In this document: one piece after another, positions 54,273-64,000 of the stretch
How the letters are laid out: each line of letters opens with the position of its first letter
Position numbering within the stretch: position 1 is the stretch's first letter
Origin: Octopus sinensis
Lineage: Eukaryota
Length of the DNA stretch: 64,000 nucleotides
NCBI RefSeq assembly: GCF_006345805.1
Contig: NC_043012.1
Span: forward strand, 57,722,001 to 57,786,000
Reading direction: 5' to 3'
Translations under genes and position numbers: made by a program
The notes under the pieces: generated by a model
Databases searched by the model: none
Seen by the model: the letters and a program-made list of their open reading frames with translations, nothing else
Told to the model about the DNA's origin: nothing

Positions 54273-56379
54273 TACTCAACTAAGATCAAATACTCATCAA
54301 TAAGATGATCTTAGAAGATTGTCACAAACGACACAACAACTCATCAATAGCCTGGATAGACTATAAAAAGGCTTTTGATAGCCTACCACATAGCTGGATT
54401 AGGAAATGCCTGGAAATGTATAAGATAGCACCTACTCTGCGAAACTTTTTGACTGTAAGTATGAGATCATGGAGAACCACACTAACTCTGAACAGTGACA
54501 ATGAATCCCTAAATACTGGTGATGTAAAAATTTCGTGTGGCATTTTCCAGGGTGACTCAGTGTCACCACTCCTCTTTTGTTTAGCCTTAATACATCTCAA
54601 AACTGCTCAATGACGCGCAGTACGGGTATAAAATGTTTGATAAAAATACAAATCATCTCATTTACATGGATGATGTAAAGCTTTTTGCAAAAAATGACCA
54701 ACAACTCAAGGGCTTACTAGCGATAGTCAAACAATTCAGTGACGACATCAGAATGCAATTCGGCCTCGATAAATGTGCAAAAGCCACCTTTATCAAAGGA
54801 AAAATGACAGAAACATCTAACGTTAACCTAGACCAGCAGAATGTCATAGAAGAACTAGACCCAGCGGAGAGCTACAAGTACCTAGGGGTAATTGAAGGGA
54901 ACGGAATAAGGCATTCAGAGATAAAGGAAAGGATCAGGAGAGAATGTTATCGAAGAGTGAGAGCAATACTCAAGACAGAGCTGAATGCAAGAAACAGGAT
55001 CGAAGCGATCAATGCATTAGCCATACCAGCCGTGACTTACAGTTTCAATATCATTAACTGGTCAATTACTGAAATATGTCAGCTCGACAGAAAAATAAGA
55101 AAACTGTTGACAATGCATAGAATGCACCACCCTAAGGCAGATACAGAACGACTTTATCTGCCAAGAAAAGAGGGAGGCTGTGGTCTTTTGCAACTGGCAA
55201 TAACAATGAAGATTGCTACAATTGGCCTAGACACCTACCTGAAAAAATCTGAGGACTGGATGTTAAAACTTGTCTCAAAACATGAAAACAAGAAAGCATC
55301 ATACTCAGTAACAAAACAGGCAAAGGAATATCTAAGTGAATTCCGAATACAACCAATTTCGGAATTAGAGATACACATACAAGAAACAAGCACAGAGAAA
55401 GCTAGGCGCATGAAAACCCGTGCCAAAACTGCGGCCTTAGATATTCTGAATAATAAATGGCAAGAAAAGCCTCTCTATGGCAAATACCCAAAGAGAGCGA
55501 ATAATGCAGATATTGACAAAGCCCTGACCCATCAATGGCTAATGGCCGCTGGCTTAAAATCTGAAACAGAAGGGTTTATTATAGCAGCTCAAGATCAATG
55601 CCTACCAACAAGAAACTACATGTCGTGTATGCCGAAAACAAAATGAAACCATTGATCATGTTGCCTCCAAATGCAGTCTTCTAGCGCCTACAGAGTACCT
55701 CAACAGGCATGATAGAGCTGCACAATATATTCACTGGGTAATTTGCAAAAACCTGGATTTGCCCCATGAAAAAACTGGTGGGAACACAATCCACCTCCAG
55801 TGCTTGAAAATGACCACATCCCACTCCTCTGGAACTTCACTATCCAAACTGACAGGAAGATAGATGCAAATAGGTAAGACATCATATTGAAAGACTTCAG
55901 ACAAAGAACATGCCTCCTCATTGATATGACTGTCCCAATCGATATAAACGTATCTGTCAAGACCTACCAAAAACTGAGCAAATATAAAGATCTTGAAATA
56001 GAAATCAGCAAAATGTGGAACCTGAAAACTAAAACAATACCTGTTGTCATAGGTGCCCTGGGAATGATAGCGAAAGGGGCTGATTGCTACCTAACTCAGA
56101 TACTAGGAAACCCCCAAATGGCAGAAATTCAAAAGATAGTGCTCATGGGAACTGCTCATATCCTACGCAAAATACTCTCTATGTAATCCCAAGGTTTAAA
56201 ACAAATTTAAAAAAAAAAAATTTATGTATTAGTCATTCACTAGTACAACACCAAGAAAAACGCAAATATATGGCACACTAGGCATAACAACAACGTGAAC
56301 TTCCAACCTGTTGTCTCTTGAGGTCTCTGGGTGAGACTTGGAGCCAACTTGTACAAACATAAAGCAAAAGTCAAACATA

Positions 56380-56380
<1 letters not shown>
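54273..56380 (+). mobile_element. R4/Dong-clade non-LTR retrotransposon (RT plus restriction-like endonuclease), 5'-truncated, inserted in (TAA)n
   Basis: RT motifs WIDYKKAFDSLPH, GIFQGDSVSPLLF, YMDDVKL, YKYLG; zinc knuckle CRVCRKQNETIDHVASKC (55621-55674), RHD, and ANR*DIIL..IDMTVP..K..KY endonuclease motifs; (AAT)n on both sides. Confidence 0.93.
54305..56186 (+). pseudogene. Disrupted R4/Dong ORF (fragments 54305-54613, 54633-55646, 55887-56186)
   Basis: Frameshifts near 54590, 55620 and 55760 and a stop codon in the R(P)D endonuclease motif. Confidence 0.9.
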
Positions 56381-56411
<31 letters not shown>

Positions 56412-57062
56412 TAATAATAATAATAATATAATAATAATAATAATAATCATAAAAATAATAATGATGGTGATGATGATGATGATGATGATTTGATCTCCGA
56501 GTGAAACAATCATACGAGTTAACAAAGCATGAGTAATGTTATTTACTAAAGACAATTCCGAAGCAATTTGATAGTCTATATTAACTGTCTGAACAATTAC
56601 GCTCGTTGGAAACTGTTTCATATTTTTAATACTAGAAAATCTCCGATAACAGACGTTCGTGTTAGATAGACAGAGTATTAAGTTTTCAATATGGATTTAA
56701 TAAACTACTACTACTACTACTACTACTACTGCTGCTGCTACTGCTACTGCTGCTGCTGCTTGTGTTAGGAGTAAAATGTAATTTTTTTTTCGTTATTGCT
56801 CATCGCAAAAGTTGGAGGTTAAAAAAAAAGATTTAAATAAATTTTTCTTTTTTGTGAATTTCATTTAGAACTTCACAAGACAAACGAAAAATGAAAAAAA
56901 AAAAAAGAAGGAAGAAATTTTAAAGAGAAATGTGTGTATATATCGTTGGTTCGTTGCTTTGAAAGTTTGACTCAGACAAATAGATATCCATTTATTTAGC
57001 TCTCCTATATAAGAGGAAATATTATACAAGATCAATATCAAGGAAAAAACAACAGCACTTTC

Positions 57063-57141
<79 letters not shown>

Positions 57142-58172
57142 CACACATGTATGTGCACATATACACATACATATACATATATATATATGTATATATACGT
57201 ATATATATGTATATATATATTCACATCTCTTATCTTTGAGTGCGTATATATATATATATATATATATATATGCGTGTGTGTATGTGTGTGTGTGTGCGTG
57301 CAAATGTATGATTGTATGTATACATATTTTAATATTTACCCTATTTCACGTTTGTAAACTCGAACTTTGACGATCTTTATCACCAATAATTTTCGAATAT
57401 CTTTTTGTTAGAATTTATATTTCATTATTATTCATTTCTGAATTTTTTTTTCTCCTCCAATTTTGTTGTAGCTTTACACATAACTAAAAATATACTTCAA
57501 AAATACTTTTGAAAACATTTTCATTAGACTACAAAAGCTTCTGTTAAAACACATACTTATATTTTTGTAACTTCTTTCTTTCTTTTTGCTGCTACAAGAC
57601 GAAGGAATGTAAATTTTGCATTGAAGTTTTATCCAGAATGCACGCAGAGGGAGTAATTAAAAATGCCATAATTTTTACATACACGAATTAGATCACGTTC
57701 ATTAATAATAGGTAAGAAAAAAAGAATAAAACTAAGATTCCTATTATTATTCTTGCGAATCAATGACACCTTTGATAATAAAAGACTTCCGAATAAGATT
57801 AACGTTAGCATTTCATTCCTAAGAATCACACACACACATACAGACACACAACACACACACACACACACACATACATACACATCACTTCCATACACACGCA
57901 CACACATACACACACCACACACACACACACACATGCACGCACACACACACACGTATATATAATATATATATATATATATATTCATGTATATATTTACTCA
58001 TGTATATATGTATTTATATCTTACATAAAATATTAAATGTATATATAAGTACCTGTGTGGATATGTGTGTTTCTGTGTGTGTATGTGTGTGTGTCTCTAC
58101 GTGTTTACCTATGTGTGTGTAGCTGTGGCTGATATTTACGTATAATGTATTGTTCACCTTCCCGTCATTCTC

Positions 58173-58261
<89 letters not shown>

Positions 58262-58610
58262 TAGTAATAATAATGATAATAATAACAACAACAAAAATAA
58301 TAATAATTTTCTGAAACAAGAAACTAGTGACAATAATACAGATTTTGTCTTAATTATATTTTATTTCTTGTTCGATCTACCGTGTCAACAAGTAATATCT
58401 TGAATAATACTTTTACCTTTATGGTGAAAAGCTGTATGAGGAAAGAACATATATAAAATATATAACTATATATATATATATGAATGTATCATGATTATCT
58501 ACATATATATGTGCATATTTACAGATATGTTCGTATATAAGTATATGCATGTATATATATATATATGTGTGTGTGTGTGTATGTATATATATGTATATAT
58601 ATATATATAA

Positions 58611-58642
<32 letters not shown>

Positions 58643-59559
58643 GTATATGTATATACGTATATGTGTGCGTGATTGTGTGTCCTTCTAATTCTTAGTGTTT
58701 ATATTCATGTACCTGTGTATTTGCATGTACATAAATATATCTGTAGACATGTATATGAATGTACACGAAGATATAAATAACCACAAACGTAGAAACGTAT
58801 ATATATACACATATATACGTTCACTCGTTTACTCAGACGTTCAGTATTTAATACGTAGTTTTAAGGTACATATGATCTTTTAAGAAATCAATTTGCTATT
58901 CGTACCATCTGTTTATTTATATCAATAATTATACGAAGACCATTTTGACTTGTCAGATTAATGTATATCATTTGCCAACACTTTGCCTCGTTTTCCCACA
59001 ATATATTTATTACCTCTAATACAATAAGTCTTGCAATGTTTCATACTTTCGGCAGACGACGTATCTTCTGTTTTATTATTTACTTCATTTTAATCGATTG
59101 TGATCGGGTGTACATTATATGTGTCTGGATATATACTTTTCTCCGAGAAAGGTTAAATTGTTAAGACATGTCTTAGCTTGTGTAATATTTTGTAATATTT
59201 TCGTGTTCACTTTGAGCCGGTCACCAAGAGGTTTTCGTTTAGCTAATCTCTAGCGTTTATTTCATGTTGAATTTGGAGAATGTCATGAGACATTGATCTT
59301 GGAATGTTTTCCTATGAGTTGGTCATTGATATTTGGAGCTGGTAGTTTGTAGTTCTGCAAAGGAAAGTCGGTTGTGGAGTTAGGGTTAGGGTGTGAAGAG
59401 GGTTTGGTTGGTTGTTATTTAAAATTCAGACGTCGGAACTACTGTTTCAATTGCATATCGTATTTCTTTCTCACTTTTTTTTGTCGTATGTATGTGTATA
59501 TATATAATATATATATAGTAAGTATGTATCTGTGTGTGTTTGCGCGCATGTGTTTGTAA

Positions 59560-59601
<42 letters not shown>

Positions 59602-59696
59602 ATACGTACGTAAATACATACATACATACATATATGTGTATATATATACATGTATATATACATACATATATATATAATATACACACACACACACAC

Positions 59697-59738
<42 letters not shown>

Positions 59739-60228
59739 ATATATATACATCCATACATACATATATAAATAAATAAATAAGTAAATAATATATATATATC
59801 TTCAGTGGATAGTATATCTTCGAACTTGATATTTGGAGACTATAAGTAGTGACTTAGAATGATATTTGGAAGTTGCAACAAATCACTTGTAGTCTCTTTA
59901 ATATTTTAGTTGAAATGGTAACTATACTTCAAACATACACGAAGCCGTTCCGTTGACAATCTGGCAATATTATGAAAGGCAACGAATTCTTGTTCTTCAA
60001 GTGTTCACATTTGCGCAAGATGTCAGTCAAAAATTTCTACACTGACACAAAGAAGTTGCTGCCGATTTAAGATTAGTACTAAAGAGTGGACTCTGCGCAG
60101 GCATTGCCTCAGTTCTCAGACCCTAGGTTTGATCTCATTGCACAGGTATAGCCGTGTGGTTAAGAAGTTCGAAGTTTATTTACATCGTTTATATTTGACG
60201 GATATTTGTCCTAATCCTGTTTGTTGTT

Positions 60229-60274
60229 AACACAACGTTTGGGCTGATATACCTTCCAGCCTTCATCAGGTGTT
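60229..60274 (-). ncRNA. Minimal type I hammerhead (this copy G12C)
   Basis: aacac CTGATGA a GGCTG gaaggtatat CAGCC cAAAC GTT gtgtt; the inverted copy at 61304-61343 retains GAAAC. Confidence 0.8.
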
Positions 60275-60401
60275 TTGGAGAAATTTCGAACCTGGGTTCT
60301 CATCTCTGAGGTAGTTTTCGATGTTGTTGCTGTTGTTGTTGGTGGTCGTGATGTTGTTGTTGTTGTTATTGTTGTTGTGGTTGTTGTTGTTATTATTATT
60401 A

Positions 60402-60462
<61 letters not shown>

Positions 60463-60478
60463 CATTATTATTATTATT

Positions 60479-61032
60479 GAGTGAGAGAGCGGTGCATGCC
60501 ATCCAAGTGACACTGGGGTAAAATATACGAAGCCCAGTATACCCATCATGACTAGCCGTCTGATAAGGGTACACCAGGCACAATCATCACAACCATATAT
60601 GCACGACTTGGTGATCTCATATCAAGATAAACAGTGTATGACCTTGCAGATAGGGCCCAGTTAGAATTTTCTTCTGGTCGAGTAGCCCATCACGCTCAAG
60701 AGGTCCCTGAATAAGGATTGTTTAAGGATGTTGAACGAACCAACTATGTTTCCAAAGGTGAATTTTCCAAACCTCAAAGAATTCCTTTCAACACACGGCT
60801 ATGATGCTCGCCCACTACTTCTGCTCATGATCATAGATACACATATCGTCAGCCACTAAGGGACATGGTCAACTGGTTAAGGTCAAACAACTGACGAGCA
60901 AATGTGTAATATTGAGCAGAATATTTGCTGTAGCCCATCTTTTATACCAAGACAAAACAATGTACATGATAACACTTCCAATCAGTTAAGATCAGAAGCC
61001 AAGAGAGCCACTGTCTGGTACTGCATCAGGGC

Positions 61033-61034
<2 letters not shown>
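60479..61034 (-). mobile_element. Non-coding ~555-bp insertion in a (TAA)n tract, unclassified; strand is a guess
   Basis: Complex sequence with sharp boundaries, (TTA)n on both sides, no long ORF or tRNA head. Confidence 0.55.
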
Positions 61035-61072
<38 letters not shown>

Positions 61073-61131
61073 TTTTTTTTTTTCTTCTTCTTCTTCTTCT
61101 TCTTCTTCTTCTTCTTCTTCTTCTTCTTCTT

Positions 61132-61162
<31 letters not shown>

Positions 61163-61163
61163 A

Positions 61164-61205
<42 letters not shown>

Positions 61206-61210
61206 TTTTA

Positions 61211-61283
61211 GGTCACTGCTTGGAATCGAACTCCGAATCTTGGGGTTAGCAGCCCGCGCTCGTATCCATTACGCCATATGCCC
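61211..61283 (-). ncRNA. tRNA-derived SINE head (not a functional tRNA)
   Basis: gggcatatggcgtaatggatacgagcgcgggctgctaaccccaagattcggagttcgattccaagcagtgacc: A box tggcgtaatgg, B box gagttcgattcc, loop ct-gct-aa; acceptor stem poorly paired. Confidence 0.75.
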
Positions 61284-61680
61284 GTGGGTATATGGCGTAG
61301 TGGTGATGAAGGCTGGATGGTATATCAGCCGAAACGTTGTGTTAACAACAAACAAGATGAGGACAAATATCCGTCAAATGTAAATAATGTACATAACTCC
61401 TCATCTCTTGAATAGAGAACTGTAGTTCGAATTCTATCTCGCAACTACTTGAAGTCGGATGCGATCCTACAGCACAGCGCAGCGTTTTCGGAACGCGTGT
61501 TTTAGTTTAGATTTGGCCTCAACAAATGTAACTACACACGTGCTGTTTTAATGATTTCTTTCCCTTCTTTGGACTTCCCACTTTCACCTTTGTGTCGCTT
61601 TCTACAGATCCCCGAACTAATACATTCCCTGTGCACGTCCTCTTCTTGTCTGGTATTGTTATTTATTCTCCATTTCAAGT

Positions 61681-61878
61681 TCTTTTACTCTTTTACTTGT
61701 TTCAGTCATTTGACTGCGGCCATGGTGGAGCAGCGCCTTTAGCCGAACAAATCGACCCCGGGCCTTATTCTTTGTGAGCCCAGTACTTATTCTATCGGTC
61801 TCTTTTGCCCAATCGCTAAGTTACGGGGACGTAAACACACCAGCAGGTGTGCTAGGGGGACAAACATAGACACACACA

Positions 61879-61917
<39 letters not shown>

Positions 61918-62022
61918 ATATATACGACGGGCTTGTTTGAGTTCACAAGGTTTTGTTTGGCCCGAGGCCATAGTAGAAGACAAAGCTCAAGATGCCACGC
62001 AGTGGGACTGAACCCGGACCCA

Positions 62023-62024
<2 letters not shown>
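61681..62024 (-). mobile_element. SINE family A (deleted)
   Basis: Reverse-complement copy. Confidence 0.85.
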
Positions 62025-62066
<42 letters not shown>

Positions 62067-62070
<4 letters not shown>

Positions 62071-62344
62071 ACGGTACCACAGAATCAACCAGATTATCGC
62101 AGTTCACAATACACTTCGCATTGTTTAGCTTTTAAATGACGTCATATCACTAGCTAGGTGAGCAGGTCTATATATGCTTAGGATAAATAATAATGATAAT
62201 ACATACATACATACATACATACATACATACATACATACATACATACATACATACACACATGTAGACTATATATTGGATCTGTTGTTGGTTCTTCCATATA
62301 CATGTATACATATGCATCTATATATGCATCTCTCTCTCTCTCTC

Positions 62345-62390
<46 letters not shown>

Positions 62391-62845
62391 CAAATACATA
62401 CACCGGCGATTATAATTAATTTTATTGTATCGCATTATCTTTGTTTATATATATATAATATATATATATATATCTCACGGTACCACAGAATCAACCAGAT
62501 TATCGCAGTTCACAATACACTTGCATGTTTAGCTTTTAAATGACGTCATATCACTAGCTAGGTGAGCAGGTCTATATATGCTTAGGATAAATAATAATGA
62601 TAATACATACATACATACATACATACATACATACATACATACATACATACATACATACACACATGTAGACTATTATTGGATCTGTTTGTGGTTCTCCATA
62701 TACATGTATACTATGCATCTATATATATGCATCTCCTCTCTCTCTCTCTGTATATATATATATATACTATATATATATATATATATATATGAGCAAATAA
62801 ACACACCGGCGATTATAATTAATTTTCTTGTATCGCATTATCTTT

Positions 62846-62850
<5 letters not shown>
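62067..62850. repeat. ~406-bp tandem duplication
   Basis: tctcacggtaccacagaatc at 62067 and 62473; differences are mostly single-base indels. Confidence 0.92.
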
Positions 62851-62888
<38 letters not shown>

Positions 62889-62940
62889 CAAATACATACA
62901 TATACGCGCGCGCACACACACATATATATACAATACATAT

Positions 62941-62989
<49 letters not shown>

Positions 62990-63086
62990 GTATATATATA
63001 TATGTGTATATGTGTATATATGTATGTGTATATATATATATATATATAAATACGTAAGTATGTGTATATATATATATATATATATG

Positions 63087-63123
<37 letters not shown>

Positions 63124-63816
63124 TGTAACGTAATGGTCTGCACTCCTTTGGACTACGTCAGTAAGGTCGAGAGAGGAATCCTGACGATTGGGCTACCCAG
63201 GATTTTTTTACATCTAGCTTCAGAATATATTATGGGGTTAATTTGTTCGACAAAACCCATTTGAAATGGTGCTCGTGTTCATCGCATTCCAATGCCTGAA
63301 TAACTAATGGTGTAAAAGAGCAAAAAATATTTCTTATTATAGTTTCAGTTTGACCAGGAGTTGTGTGAGTGAAATTATGTAGGCCCTGAAACATGCATGT
63401 AAGCCTGCCAGAATACAAATATATATGGAATAGCCAGCCACATAAAATTACGTAGTTCAGTTGAACGGTTCACTGCGACAAGCATTTTGAACTCCACTTA
63501 GGGACCTGTCGCTCTCTATATATATAAACCAATGTATTATTTATACCCTATCCATATGCATCTCAGATTTGCTAATGTGATCTCGTTACGGCAATGACAA
63601 GAATACGTGACGCTGACAAGTCACAGATTTTTTTAGCTTCACGTATGTCGCGAAGTACGTGTCTATCGCTCTCTCATTCGCTTCCTAACGATTTCGTTTC
63701 GCTTGGTTCTCAAGTATATTCTGTTTTCTTGACATGATACGTTTATAAAAGGATTTTGTCGGACAAAAAAAAACTGCAGCTTGTGGCTTTGCAACAAATA
63801 TATGCTATGTTATATA

Positions 63817-64000
63817 CTCTTTTACTTGTTTCAGTCATTTGACTGCGGCCATGCTGGAGCACCACCTTTAGTCGAATAAATAAACCCCCTGACTTATTCT
63901 TTCTAAGCCTCGTACTTATTCTATCGGTCTCTTTTTGCAGAACCGCTAAGTGACGGGGACGTAAATGCACCAACATCGGTTATCAAGCGATGGTGGGAGG
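63817..64000 (-). mobile_element. SINE family A, runs off the window end
   Basis: Tail and body match family A. Confidence 0.88.

Larger units (their letters stand above)
60174..61423 (-). mobile_element. tRNA-headed element with a Penelope-type hammerhead tail and an inverted terminal copy
   Basis: tRNA-like head 61283-61211, microsatellite linker, tail 60322-60174 containing an HHR, inverted copy of the tail at 61304-61423, candidate TSD agttcgaa (60166-60173, 61424-61431). Confidence 0.75.

Noticed and set aside
61211-61283. tRNA-Ser(GCT) gene
   Set aside because: Acceptor stem is unpaired, there is no long variable arm, and it is embedded in a repeat; called a SINE head instead.

Overview
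AT-rich, microsatellite-saturated eukaryotic DNA. The repeat families (tRNA-derived and CORE-type SINEs, very long (TA)n, (CA)n, (TAA)n and (TCTA)n tracts) look like an Octopus/cephalopod genome; this is recognition, not a database result. Nearly all ORFs in the track are microsatellite or SINE translations. No intact gene is visible, only two candidate minus-strand exons (7117-7169, signal-peptide-like; 40569-40643) and a possible regulatory island near 44 kb. Recognisable mobile elements are a 5'-truncated R4/Dong-clade retrotransposon in (TAA)n (54273-56380), a Tx1/L1-type LINE 3' end, a Tc1/mariner relic, a non-autonomous Helitron, hAT MITEs and dozens of SINEs from about four families. 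The most unusual signal is about ten Penelope-type minimal hammerhead ribozyme (HHR) motifs, including U3-A8 and C4 core variants, often with inverted or foldback termini. One element (60174-61423) joins a tRNA-derived Pol III head to a hammerhead-bearing Penelope-like tail. There are also SINE multimers with an invariant 184-bp junction and a SINE tail shared with the Tx1-like LINE. All coordinates and alignments were read by eye, so element boundaries may be off by several bases.
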